Origin: an uncultured Oscillospiraceae bacterium
Lineage (GTDB): Bacteria; Bacillota; Clostridia; Oscillospirales; Ruminococcaceae
DNA length: 64,000 bases
Reading direction: 5' to 3'
Assembly (NCBI GenBank): GCA_964587555.1
Contig: CAZPLR010000001.1
Coordinates: 4,381-68,380 of the forward strand
Shown here: one piece after another, positions 9,645 to 18,074 of the stretch
How the letters are laid out: each line of letters starts with the position of its first letter
Numbering within the stretch: the stretch's first letter is position 1
Notes under the pieces: model-generated
Databases searched by the model: none
The model's input: only the letters and a program-made list of their open reading frames with translations
What the model was told of the DNA's origin: nothing
Position numbers and translations under genes: made by a program

Positions 9645-11303
9645 ATGCTGCTTTTGCAAAGCGAATTGATCTTTGAGATGGACGGGAGCAAGAAATCCTT
9701 TGATTTTTTAAAGCAGTCCCGCTGCGGGGGCGTCACGGTGGAACGGACGCAGGAAAAGGGCAGGCTGCGGATTACGGCGCGTTCGGAAAAACCCTGCCGC
9801 CTGCTGCGCGCCTGTCTTGCTTTTTCCTATGCGTTTGAAAAGGATACGAGGATCTTTTTAAACGGCTTTCAGTCCGCGACGGAAAGTATTGAGCATGAGA
9901 TCACCGATAAAATGACCGGGCTTTCACATCTTTCGCTGCGCACAGTGGAAAAGCGCTGTCTTGCCGCCGGCGGGGATTATGCGTTTGTCGATTATCCGCA
10001 GAAGGCGGGGGTGCTGCACGGTTTTAGCTACGGCTATCTGCGCGAAGACAAGCAATATACGCTGATCGGCTCGGTTGACGAGCGAAGCGGATTTACCGTC
10101 CTGCATACGGACGTGCGCCGCGGGGCTGTGACCGTGGAGAAGGACTGTGCAGATCTGCTGTTTTCTGGGGAATATGCGCTTTTTGATCTCTGTATATTCC
10201 GCGGGACGGAGGATCAGGTGTTCGACGCCTATTTTGCGGCGATGGGGCTGCCGCCTTTGCAGGGAAGGGCGGTGTTCGGCTATTCCAGCCGGATTGGGCT
10301 TTCCCAACAGGAGGCGTATCAAAGCCTTGCAGCGGTGAAAAACGGCGCACTGCCCGAAAAGCCGCAGCTTTTTCTCATTGATCAGGGGTATCAGCGTGTG
10401 TGCGGGGACTATTTGACGGTCGATACTGAAAAATTCCCAAGCGGGATGGCGATCATCGCAAGGGCGATCGCTGAGCAGGGGATTGCGCCGGGGATAAGCT
10501 TTTCTCCTTTTGTCTGCGCAAAGCAATCGACGCTGTTTGCAGAGCATCCGCAATGGCTGCTGCGCGACGACAAAGGACAACCGATCCGGGCGGCGCTGGG
10601 CAAAGAGGGCGAGCTTTATGCGTTGGATTCCCAGAACGAGCAGTTTTTGGCGTATTTGAAGGATGTGTTTACGACGATGCAGGATGCTTGGGGCTATCAG
10701 GCGTTTGCGGTGGACCATCTATACGCCGCCTGCCTGCTGCCGCGCCGGAATAAAACGCGCGGGCAGATAATGTGCGAGGCGATGGACTTTCTGCGCGCGT
10801 GTACGGAGGGCAAGACGCTGATCGCTGTGAAAACGCCGCTCGCGCCGGCTTTCGGTAAGGCGGATTATTGCAGGGTCTGCTGTGATGTCACCGAGCGTTG
10901 GAGCGGAAAGGCTGGGAAGAGCATTGCCTGTCGAGAAAAGGACAGCGTGATAAGCGCGCTGCAAAATGCGGTCTTCCGCCGGCAGTTAAACGGCAGAGCG
11001 TTTTGGAATGAGGTTGGCGCGATCTATCTGCGTAAGGAACACAGCGCGCTTTCTCCGCTGCAAAAGACGGTTTTCGCTAAGCTGAACGCTGTCTGCGGCG
11101 GACCGCTGTTCGTTTCCGACAACGCCGATAAGTATGGGGAGAATGAAAGGCAGGCGCTGGCAGAGCTGCTTGCGCTGCGCGGATCGAAGGTTCTTTCCGC
11201 CGGATACTACAAGCAGAAGCTGATCGTCTGCTGCAAGCAAGATGAAGATTCCGTTTTTACAATAACGGCGCCGTTAAACGGCAAGCGCTCCCGTTTGGGA
11301 TAA
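9645..11303 (+). CDS. glycoside hydrolase family 36-like protein (alpha-galactosidase/melibiase-like, divergent)
   Basis: The pattern FLIDQGYQ..CGDYL..KFPSGM..GI.PGISFSPF....S.L..HPQWLL resembles the short GH36 (beta/alpha)8 catalytic core. ATG 9645 follows GGAAGGA; the track ORF opens at TTG 9627. The call is from recalled family motifs only. Confidence 0.5.
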   Translation: MLLLQSELIFEMDGSKKSFDFLKQSRCGGVTVERTQEKGRLRITARSEKPCRLLRACLAFSYAFEKDTRIFLNGFQSATESIEHEITDKMTGLSHLSLRTVEKRCLAAGGDYAFVDYPQKAGVLHGFSYGYLREDKQYTLIGSVDERSGFTVLHTDVRRGAVTVEKDCADLLFSGEYALFDLCIFRGTEDQVFDAYFAAMGLPPLQGRAVFGYSSRIGLSQQEAYQSLAAVKNGALPEKPQLFLIDQGYQRVCGDYLTVDTEKFPSGMAIIARAIAEQGIAPGISFSPFVCAKQSTLFAEHPQWLLRDDKGQPIRAALGKEGELYALDSQNEQFLAYLKDVFTTMQDAWGYQAFAVDHLYAACLLPRRNKTRGQIMCEAMDFLRACTEGKTLIAVKTPLAPAFGKADYCRVCCDVTERWSGKAGKSIACREKDSVISALQNAVFRRQLNGRAFWNEVGAIYLRKEHSALSPLQKTVFAKLNAVCGGPLFVSDNADKYGENERQALAELLALRGSKVLSAGYYKQKLIVCCKQDEDSVFTITAPLNGKRSRLG

Positions 11304-11437
11304 ACGATGGGCTTGCTGAAAATACCGGTATTATTGATTTGCGGCGGAGCAGCCGTCGTTACATCGTGCAAGAACGTTTTCGCGCAAAGTTTTGGATTGT
11401 TTTTGATTCGATTCCGGCGCGATTCGCAGCGCAGTAC

Positions 11438-11466
11438 TTGACTTTTTGGGGAAAATCATGTATGAT
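11438..11466 (+). promoter_or_regulatory. sigma-A type promoter for the acn operon (TTGACT-17 nt-TATGAT)
   Basis: -35 TTGACT at 11438-11443, an exact 17-nt spacer, and -10 TATGAT at 11461-11466, about 170 nt upstream of the acn ATG. Confidence 0.6.
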
Positions 11467-11507
11467 AGAAATAAACTTTCATCACTTGCAAAAAAGACGA
11501 AATTTTG

Positions 11508-11543
11508 CGATGTTTTCTGCGGATGGATCGGCGGAGAACAGCG
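11508..11543 (+). promoter_or_regulatory. acn leader hairpin 1 (16-nt GGA-rich loop)
   Basis: Stem TGTTTTC (11511-11517) pairs with GAGAACA (11534-11540), with one G-U pair, and is extendable by GC/GC. The loop is TGCGGATGGATCGGCG. Folded by eye. Confidence 0.4.
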
Positions 11544-11572
11544 AAAAATGAATTTTTGAATGAAATTTTCCT

Positions 11573-11604
11573 GCAAATGCGCGGCAAGGATAGGCGGCAT
11601 TTGC
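11573..11604 (+). promoter_or_regulatory. acn leader hairpin 2 (16-nt GGA-containing loop, near-repeat of the hairpin 1 loop)
   Basis: Perfect 8-bp stem GCAAATGC (11573-11580) / GCATTTGC (11597-11604). The loop is GCGGCAAGGATAGGCG. Confidence 0.45.
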
Positions 11605-11635
11605 GGAAGAAAAGATCGGGAAAGGGGTTTGAATC

Positions 11636-13567
11636 ATGGGAAAGACGATTGCTGAGAAGATCCTGTCGAAGCATCTTGTGGACGGCGTCATGGAAAAGGG
11701 AACTGAGATCGGCATAAAAATCGACCAAACACTCACCCAGGACGCAACCGGAACGATGGCATACTTAGAATTCGAAGCGATGGGGATTAAACGGGTCAAA
11801 ACGGAAAAGAGCGTCGCCTACATCGATCATAATACGCTGCAAAACGGATTTGAGAATGCGGATGACCATCGGTTTATCGGATCGGTCGCCAAAAAGCATG
11901 GCATTTATTATTCGCGTCCGGGCAACGGCATTTGTCATCAGGTGCATTTGGAGCGTTTTGGAATCCCGGGCAAAACGCTGATCGGTTCGGACAGCCATAC
12001 GCCGACCGGCGGCGGCATCGGTATGCTTGCGTTTGGCGCGGGCGGGCTTGACGTCGCGGTCGCGATGGGCGGCGGAGCCTACTATATCACCTGTCCAAAA
12101 GAGGTGCGCATCAACTTAACCGGCAAGCTTTCCCCATGGGTTTCGGCAAAGGACGTTATTTTGAAGGTATTGCAGCTGCTTTCGGTCAAGGGCGGCGTTG
12201 GTAAGATCATGGAATACGGCGGCGCGGGCGTTGCTACGCTGTCTGTTCCAGAGCGCGCCACCATCACGAATATGGGAGCGGAATTGGGCGCCACGACCTC
12301 GGTTTTCCCATCTGACGAGGTGACGCGCGCGTTTTTGAAGGCGCAGGGCAGAGAGGAAGATTACGCGCCGGTTTTTGCTGATGCGGATGCAGTGTATGAT
12401 GAAACCTATGAGATCGATCTGTCGGCGCTGAAGCCGCTTGCCGCTTGTCCGCATTCGCCGGACGCGGTGAAAGCCTGCGGTGAGATTGGAAAAATTAAGG
12501 TGGATCAGGTTTGCATCGGTTCCTGCACCAACTCCTCGCTTTTGGACATGATGAAGGTTGCGCACATCCTAAAGGGCAAGACGGTGCATCCGGGCGTTTC
12601 GTTGGTGATTGCGCCGGGCTCTAAGCAGGTACTCAATATGATGGCGGAAAACGGGCTTTTGGCGGATATCATTGCTTCCGGCGCAAGAGTGCTGGAATGC
12701 GCCTGCGGTCCGTGTATCGGGATGGGCCAGTCGCCAAATTCCGGCGGCGTTTCGCTGCGTACCTTTAACCGCAATTTCTTAGGCAGAAGCGGCACTGCTG
12801 ACGCGCAGGTATATTTGGTCAGCCCGGAAACCGCCGCTGTCAGTGCGCTGACCGGCGTTTTGACCGATCCACGCGAGTACTTAGGCGAGGCAGTCGCTTT
12901 CACGCTGCCGGAGAAATTCTTAGTTAACGACAACATGATCGAACCGCCGGCATCTGAGGAGGAGGCAGAGGAACTGCCGATCCTGCGCGGTCCGAATATC
13001 AAGGAGTTCCCAAAAACGGAGCCGCTGGAAAGAAGCATGAAGGCTGGCGTGCTTTTGAAGGTTGGGGATAATATCACGACCGACCATATTATGCCGGCAG
13101 GCGCGAAGATTCTTCCGTATCGGTCGAATATTCCGTACCTTTCAAAATTCTGCTTTACGGTCTGCGACAAGGCGTTCCCGGAGCGCGCGAAAGCGGCAAA
13201 CGGCGGCTTTATTGTCGGCGGATCAAACTACGGGCAGGGTTCCTCCCGTGAACATGCGGCGCTGGTTCCGCTTTATCTAGGCGTGAAGGCGGTTATCGTA
13301 AAGAGCTTTGCGCGCATTCACCGCTCGAATCTCATCAATGCCGGCATTCTGCCGCTGACCTTTGTCAATGAGAGCGACTATGACCAGATCGAGCAGGGCG
13401 ATATTCTGCAATTAAAACATATTCGCCGTTATATCGAGCAGGATGAGAAGATCGTTTTGCAGGATCTTACCAAGGGAATCGATATTCCGGTTGAGGCAAA
13501 TCTCTCCGGCAGAGCAAAGGATATTCTGCTGGCTGGCGGTCTGCTTAACTATACGGTCGGCAGGTAA
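11636..13567 (+). CDS. acn: aconitate hydratase
   Basis: 643 aa with the aconitase Fe-S cluster ligand motifs IGSCTNSS and CGPCIGMGQ and a swivel domain at the C-terminus. RBS GGGAAAGGGG lies upstream. Confidence 0.93.
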   Translation: MGKTIAEKILSKHLVDGVMEKGTEIGIKIDQTLTQDATGTMAYLEFEAMGIKRVKTEKSVAYIDHNTLQNGFENADDHRFIGSVAKKHGIYYSRPGNGICHQVHLERFGIPGKTLIGSDSHTPTGGGIGMLAFGAGGLDVAVAMGGGAYYITCPKEVRINLTGKLSPWVSAKDVILKVLQLLSVKGGVGKIMEYGGAGVATLSVPERATITNMGAELGATTSVFPSDEVTRAFLKAQGREEDYAPVFADADAVYDETYEIDLSALKPLAACPHSPDAVKACGEIGKIKVDQVCIGSCTNSSLLDMMKVAHILKGKTVHPGVSLVIAPGSKQVLNMMAENGLLADIIASGARVLECACGPCIGMGQSPNSGGVSLRTFNRNFLGRSGTADAQVYLVSPETAAVSALTGVLTDPREYLGEAVAFTLPEKFLVNDNMIEPPASEEEAEELPILRGPNIKEFPKTEPLERSMKAGVLLKVGDNITTDHIMPAGAKILPYRSNIPYLSKFCFTVCDKAFPERAKAANGGFIVGGSNYGQGSSREHAALVPLYLGVKAVIVKSFARIHRSNLINAGILPLTFVNESDYDQIEQGDILQLKHIRRYIEQDEKIVLQDLTKGIDIPVEANLSGRAKDILLAGGLLNYTVGR

Positions 13568-13581
13568 AATAAAGAGAAAGT

Positions 13582-14019
13582 ATGATGGATATTGAACAGC
13601 ATCTTTATGAACTGGCAGCGGCGCTGATCGAAAAGCGCTATCCGACCGGCTGGGGCGGCGCGGCGGCGGTGCATACCGCAAGCGGGAACGACTATCTGAG
13701 CATTGCGCTGAGTACCCCTAATGCAGGCGCGGAATTGTGTATTGAAACCGGCGCGATGTGCGAGGCGCATAAGTTCGGCGAGCGGATCACCCATTGCATC
13801 TGTGTGGTCCGGGAGGACGAGAACGCGCCGTTTCGCGTCCTTTCTCCATGCGGCATCTGTCAGGAGCGGCTTTTGTACTGGGGAAAAAGGGTCAGAGTCG
13901 GCGTGACGACCAAGGATAACACTCTGAAATATGTCGCGTTATCGGAATTAAATCCATATCATTGGACCGACGCCTATTCACCGGAGGAATTGGAGCATTA
14001 TTCCGAGGACGAATTGTGA
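13582..14019 (+). CDS. cytidine/blasticidin-S deaminase-fold zinc deaminase
   Basis: 145 aa with the CDA-fold zinc motifs C-x-E (LCIETGAMCEA) and PCxxC (SPCGICQERL). It sits 14 nt after acn and 23 nt before icd. Confidence 0.7.
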   Translation: MMDIEQHLYELAAALIEKRYPTGWGGAAAVHTASGNDYLSIALSTPNAGAELCIETGAMCEAHKFGERITHCICVVREDENAPFRVLSPCGICQERLLYWGKRVRVGVTTKDNTLKYVALSELNPYHWTDAYSPEELEHYSEDEL

Positions 14020-14042
14020 GGCTACAGAATAAGGAGGAAAAA

Positions 14043-15197
14043 ATGGAATTATCCCAAGCGAGCGAAAAGTTTTTAGAGGTAGTCAAGGAGCAGCTTGCCC
14101 GTATCGAGCAGATGAAGGCGCAGGGCGGCTTTGTGCAGTATGATAAGCTGGATACCATTGTGATCGGTGTGTGCGGCGGCGACGGGATCGGCCCTGTTAT
14201 TACCCATGAAACCGAACGGGTTTTGAAGTATCTGTTAAAGGATGAGGAAGCGGAAGGAAGAGTCTGCTTTAAGGAGATTGACGGGCTGACGATCGAGAAC
14301 CGCGTCGCTGCTGGAAAGGCGATTCCAGACGATGTATTGGCGGAGCTAAAAGCCTGCCATGTGATCTTAAAGGGTCCGACCACCACGCCGCGTGCCGGCG
14401 ATCCATGGCCGAATATTGAAAGCGCGAATGTTGCGATGCGCAAGCAGCTGGATTTATTCTGCAATCTGCGCCCGGTCAAGGTGCCGTCTGAGGGGATCGA
14501 CTGGACCTTTTTCCGCGAAAATACGGAGGGAGCTTATACGCTCGGCTCAAAAGGTGTAAACATCACCGACGATTTGGCGATGGATTTTACGGTTACCACC
14601 TCGCAGGGAACCGATCGCATTGCGCGTCTGGCTTACGATTACGCGGCGAAAAACGGCAAAACGCGCGTTTCCATTGTCACCAAAGCGAATATCATCAAAA
14701 CGACCGACGGAAAATTCCTGCGGATGTGCCAAGAGATCGGCAAGGAGTATCCGCAGATTACAACCGACGACTGGTACATTGATATCATGACTGCGAAGCT
14801 GGTCGATCCGAAGCGCCGCAGAGATTTCCAAGTCATTGTGCTGCCGAACCTTTACGGCGATATCATCACCGATGAGGCGGCGGAATTTCAGGGCGGCGTC
14901 GGTACCGCCGGCAGTGCGAACATCGGCAAGAAATATGCGATGTTTGAGGCGATTCATGGCTCTGCGCCGCGCATGGTCGCAGAGGGACGCGATAAATATG
15001 CCGATCCGTGCTCGATGCTGCGCGCAGGGGTAATGCTGTTGAACCACATCGGCTATCGAGAAAAAGCGGCAAAGCTGGAGCGTGCGCTGGATATTTGCAT
15101 GTTTGAGGAAGCAAAGCTGAAGATCACCGGCAGAGATACCGGCTGCACGACCGAGGAATTTGGCGATTATGTGATGGAAATGATCGAAAGACTGTAA
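14043..15197 (+). CDS. icd: isocitrate dehydrogenase (isocitrate/isopropylmalate dehydrogenase family)
   Basis: Beta-decarboxylating dehydrogenase motif NLYGDIITDEAA, and the gene follows aconitase. ATG 14043 is preceded by AAGGAGGAAAAA; the track ORF opens at 13962 inside the previous gene. Confidence 0.85.
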   Translation: MELSQASEKFLEVVKEQLARIEQMKAQGGFVQYDKLDTIVIGVCGGDGIGPVITHETERVLKYLLKDEEAEGRVCFKEIDGLTIENRVAAGKAIPDDVLAELKACHVILKGPTTTPRAGDPWPNIESANVAMRKQLDLFCNLRPVKVPSEGIDWTFFRENTEGAYTLGSKGVNITDDLAMDFTVTTSQGTDRIARLAYDYAAKNGKTRVSIVTKANIIKTTDGKFLRMCQEIGKEYPQITTDDWYIDIMTAKLVDPKRRRDFQVIVLPNLYGDIITDEAAEFQGGVGTAGSANIGKKYAMFEAIHGSAPRMVAEGRDKYADPCSMLRAGVMLLNHIGYREKAAKLERALDICMFEEAKLKITGRDTGCTTEEFGDYVMEMIERL

Positions 15198-15228
15198 ATC
15201 CTGCGCGGCACTGCTGCAATATAGCAGA

Positions 15229-15262
15229 AAAAAGGAGTCCGACAAAAATCGGGCTCCTTTTT
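15229..15262. terminator. bidirectional rho-independent terminator between icd (+) and cotJC (-)
   Basis: Stem GGAGTCCGA / TCGGGCTCC (9 bp, one G-U) with loop CAAAAA, flanked by an A-run on the 5' side and a T-run on the 3' side. Confidence 0.75.
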
Positions 15263-15272
15263 GCGCTGCTGT

Positions 15273-15869
15273 TCAGCGGTCGAAAGCGGGGTTAAATGCA
15301 TAGAAGTTTTTGCTGTCAAGCGTGTCGAGAACACGTCTAAGCGCTTCGCCGAAGCGCTGGTAATGGACGATCTCGCGTGCGCGCAGGAATTTGATGACAT
15401 CGCGCACATCCGGATCATCGCTTAAGCGCAGGATATTGTCGTAGGTCAAGCGTGCCTTCTGCTCAGCTGCAAGGTCTTCGTGCAGATCGGCTAACACATC
15501 TCCGGTGGACTGTAAGGTTGAGGCGGAGAACGGTGTGCCGGAAGCAGCCTGCGGATAAATGCCGGTGGTATGATCCACAAAGTAGACGTCAAAGCCGCTT
15601 TCCTTGATCTGCTGCGGCGTTAGATTGCGGGTGAGCTGATAGACTAAGGTGCTGACCATCTCTATATGCCCAAGTTCTTCCGTCCCAACATCTGTTAAAA
15701 TTGCACGAACAATGTTATCCGGCGCGGCATAGCGCTGGGAGAGATAGCGGGTCGCCGCTCCCGCTTCGCCATCCGGTCCGCCGACCTGCGTGATGATGAT
15801 TTTTGCCATTGCCGGATTCGGCGTTTTAACCTTTACAGGATACTCTAAATGTCTGTCATATGTCCACAT
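15273..15869 (-). CDS. cotJC: spore coat protein CotJC (manganese catalase family)
   Basis: Mn-catalase/ferritin-like motif TDVGTEELGHIEMV and an N-terminus MWTYDRHLEYPVKV typical of CotJC. It is last in a cotJA-JB-JC arrangement. Confidence 0.9.
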   Translation of the reverse strand: MWTYDRHLEYPVKVKTPNPAMAKIIITQVGGPDGEAGAATRYLSQRYAAPDNIVRAILTDVGTEELGHIEMVSTLVYQLTRNLTPQQIKESGFDVYFVDHTTGIYPQAASGTPFSASTLQSTGDVLADLHEDLAAEQKARLTYDNILRLSDDPDVRDVIKFLRAREIVHYQRFGEALRRVLDTLDSKNFYAFNPAFDR

Positions 15870-15872
15870 AGC

Positions 15873-16160
15873 TTACTGCGCCTCCAATTCCCACGGCCAT
15901 GGATCGTCGACCCAGTTCCATTCTACGCCCAACTCATCGGTCTGCTGTAATGGCCCATATTTGTGTACGAATTCGTCCCGCAGTTTGCGGTAGGCGTTGT
16001 TCATCTTTTGGAAATACTCAAACGCCTCGCGATTCTGCGGGTGGGTGTCAAGAAATAATCCTGCCTCCAACGCAGCAAAATTGTAGGTTTGCACCATACG
16101 CAGAAGCTTCGAACGCCCTTCCATCGTACCGTCCTCCGGACGGCTTATCGAGTTATTCAT
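15873..16160 (-). CDS. cotJB: spore coat protein CotJB
   Basis: CotJB-like core FAALEAGLFLDTHP...EYF. The ATG at 16160 overlaps the cotJA stop (ATGAATAA). The track ORF extends to 16232. Confidence 0.85.
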   Translation of the reverse strand: MNNSISRPEDGTMEGRSKLLRMVQTYNFAALEAGLFLDTHPQNREAFEYFQKMNNAYRKLRDEFVHKYGPLQQTDELGVEWNWVDDPWPWELEAQ

Positions 16161-16335
16161 TCTTGTCACGCGGGACCGCCTCCTCTCCGATAAACGGCAA
16201 ATCGAGCTGCATAAAGATTGTGCCGCGCGCAAGACCGTCCTCCGGGGAGTACAGCTTTTGCCAGATTTGAATGGGCGTGTAGCTCATCGCGAGCGCGATG
16301 TTCTGTGGGTCTAAGAAGATTTTTTCATCCTCCAT
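16153..16335 (-). CDS. cotJA: spore coat-associated protein CotJA
   Basis: 60-aa protein with the CotJA-like pattern SYTPIQIW..LYSPEDGLARGTIF..LDLPF, directly upstream of and overlapping cotJB. Confidence 0.75.
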   Translation of the reverse strand: MEDEKIFLDPQNIALAMSYTPIQIWQKLYSPEDGLARGTIFMQLDLPFIGEEAVPRDKNE

Positions 16336-16665
16336 GCCATCAGCCTCCTTCTCTCAAACTCATTTGTTTTTCGGCGCGACGCATTTTGTGTTTGCTTTCG
16401 CACCGTATGCGGCGATGTCGCTTTTGTTTTGTCAAGAGCAGTATATGCGCAATTTGCAATTTTGTGTCAATCTGCGCTGAAAAAGGACGCTTGAACAAAA
16501 TTAGACCGCGGTGTCACGGCGTGTCAGAATCACTCCCGTTTTTGATTTGTGTCGCTGCTTTTCCAAAGACGGGGAAAAAGGTTTCCGCCAATTTCCGCTC
16601 ATATCTGCACGCAGTTTTCATATGCTATAAATGCAAACACGAAACAATTATTTTGGAGGAAATGA

Positions 16666-16869
16666 ATGATGAACAGCAAAAGTTCGAATAATTTAGTAGT
16701 GCCGGAGGCACGTGCCGCAATGGATAAGTTTAAAATGGAAGCTGCAAACGAAGTTGGCGTTCCGTTAAAGGAAGGCTATAACGGCGACCTGACCTCTAGA
16801 CAGGCTGGTTCTATCGGCGGTCAGATGGTAAAGAAAATGATCGAATCTTACGAGAATTCTGCAAAATAA
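16666..16869 (+). CDS. small acid-soluble spore protein, alpha/beta type
   Basis: 67 aa with both conserved SASP blocks (KMEAANEVGVPL and AGSIGGQMVKKMIE). RBS GGAGGA lies upstream. Confidence 0.93.
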   Translation: MMNSKSSNNLVVPEARAAMDKFKMEAANEVGVPLKEGYNGDLTSRQAGSIGGQMVKKMIESYENSAK

Positions 16870-16880
16870 GCTTTCCCTTG

Positions 16881-16916
16881 ATTCCGCGTCCTATCACATG
16901 GACGCGGAATTTTTAT
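16881..16916 (+). terminator. rho-independent terminator after the SASP gene
   Basis: 11-bp perfect stem ATTCCGCGTCC / GGACGCGGAAT with an 8-nt loop, followed by TTTT. Confidence 0.85.
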
Positions 16917-16981
16917 GTCTTTTTACACATCTCTGCGCTGTCCGATCAATCTGGGGCGGTTCATTGCGGACGGAGGAGCTT

Positions 16982-17905
16982 TTAGATCGGCTCTCCGCAA
17001 AAATTGCATGGAAGCTTGAGAAAATGGGCTTGTCCGGATTCTAACATCCTGCGGTAGCCTCCGAATAGTGCAAACGCCATCCTTCTGGCGTTCTGCAAAA
17101 GCGTGAAGACGCTCTCATAACGGATGTCCTTGGAGTATGGGTCGCACCAAGCGTTTCCGGTGACGTTCAGACAGTCCCAATCCGGTTTGCTCCCGCGCAG
17201 CTTAAAATGCCCGGTTCCGGTGCCCGCTTTGCCAATCCAGGATTCCGCTTTGGAAACCGCTTGCACAATCCTTGGATGATTCCCGTAGAACAGCTTTTGC
17301 AGCGATATGCCGCTGTCAAAACAGCTTTCGATGCTCTTTGGCGGAAGTTCACAGCCGAAAAGATCACGAGCGAGGTTGCTGTACACCCACGCGATCGCGT
17401 TTTTCTGCGGCTGCGGCAGCGTATATTGCGCGCTCACATCGAAGCTGGTGATGTTGTGTCCCGTGATCTTTTCGTAGAGCGCGGTGTCGATGCAGCTTTC
17501 GATGTAAGAATGGATTCCAGAGGTGTGGAGCTGCGGATTGAGCGCAGAAAATTCTCCTTGCCAGAAATAGATGAACGGATGCAGCGCAGCGTCGACGCAA
17601 AAATGACAGATAAAGCCGTAAAAATAGGCAATCAGGATATCCCGGCATCCAAACGGAGCGATTAAGATGCGCTTGACGTATTCCTCAAAAATCTGGCTTG
17701 TGTAGAGACGGTGCATCTGCCGCCCTAAATCGTTGATTTCGCCGCCGGAGAGCAGAACGCGGTGAAAATATAATAAATCCGGTCCCTGCAGCCCCCAAGC
17801 AAATGCCTGCGGATATTTCTGAACTGTTTTCTTGATCGCGCCCGGAAGCTCGGGATCGGATAGAATCTGCCGTCCAAATAAATGATGGGTCACAAAATCA
17901 GGCAA
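16982..17905 (-). CDS. zinc-dependent phospholipase C-like family protein
   Basis: 307 aa. The N-terminus MPDFVTHHLFG and scattered His/Asp resemble the Zn_dep_PLPC superfamily proteins common in Clostridia. The call is from recall only. Confidence 0.5.
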   Translation of the reverse strand: MPDFVTHHLFGRQILSDPELPGAIKKTVQKYPQAFAWGLQGPDLLYFHRVLLSGGEINDLGRQMHRLYTSQIFEEYVKRILIAPFGCRDILIAYFYGFICHFCVDAALHPFIYFWQGEFSALNPQLHTSGIHSYIESCIDTALYEKITGHNITSFDVSAQYTLPQPQKNAIAWVYSNLARDLFGCELPPKSIESCFDSGISLQKLFYGNHPRIVQAVSKAESWIGKAGTGTGHFKLRGSKPDWDCLNVTGNAWCDPYSKDIRYESVFTLLQNARRMAFALFGGYRRMLESGQAHFLKLPCNFCGEPI

Positions 17906-17999
17906 AATAAGTCCCCCTTTATCTTTTATAGCCTTATTATAGCAGTGTTTGCGGCGTATTTCATGTCAACTTTGTGAATTTCGCAAGGCGGCGGTGCTG

Positions 18000-18028
18000 T
18001 TGCATTTTCAAGGAAACTGTGTTATAAT
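18000..18028 (+). promoter_or_regulatory. sigma-A type promoter for dnaD-like/dnaI-like genes (TTGCAT-17 nt-TATAAT)
   Basis: -35 TTGCAT at 18000-18005, a 17-nt spacer ending in TGT (extended -10), and a perfect -10 TATAAT at 18023-18028. Confidence 0.6.
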
Positions 18029-18074
18029 GTTGCTAACGAAACGAACAGATTAGTAAACCGATGAAGGGATCAGA

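Noticed and set aside
9924-10718. 264-aa antisense ORF inside the GH36-like gene. Similar cases are 3133-3912 in mraY, 14547-15245 in icd, 55951-56625 in cbiA and 60099-60896 in cbiB.
   Set aside because: All are embedded opposite well-supported genes and have Arg-rich, atypical composition and no start-site signals. I treat them as frame shadows.
11563-11572. The 10-mer AAATTTTCCT is shared by the acn leader (11563-11572) and the citrate synthase upstream region (21069-21078), which could be a common TCA regulator site.
   Set aside because: It is a single AT-rich 10-mer, plausibly chance given the AT-rich spacers. It also sits in different positions relative to the putative promoters (inside the leader versus upstream).
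13962-14042. Track ORF for icd starts 81 nt upstream, inside the deaminase gene.
   Set aside because: ATG 14043 has a strong AAGGAGG RBS and gives a normal Icd N-terminus. The extension has no homology signal.
16590-16640. Possible forespore (sigma-G/F type) promoter upstream of the SASP gene (two CATAT elements 19 nt apart). There is also a CATATACT sigma-E-like -10 on the - strand at about 16439-16447 upstream of cotJA.
   Set aside because: Matches to the consensus sequences I remember are partial and the spacing is ambiguous. This is not strong enough to annotate without TSS data.
16218-16691. 157-aa Cys-rich + strand ORF crossing the cotJA/SASP divergent spacer.
   Set aside because: It overlaps cotJA antisense at one end and the SASP start at the other and has no RBS. 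The Cys/Arg-rich sequence looks like a translation of AT-rich promoter DNA.
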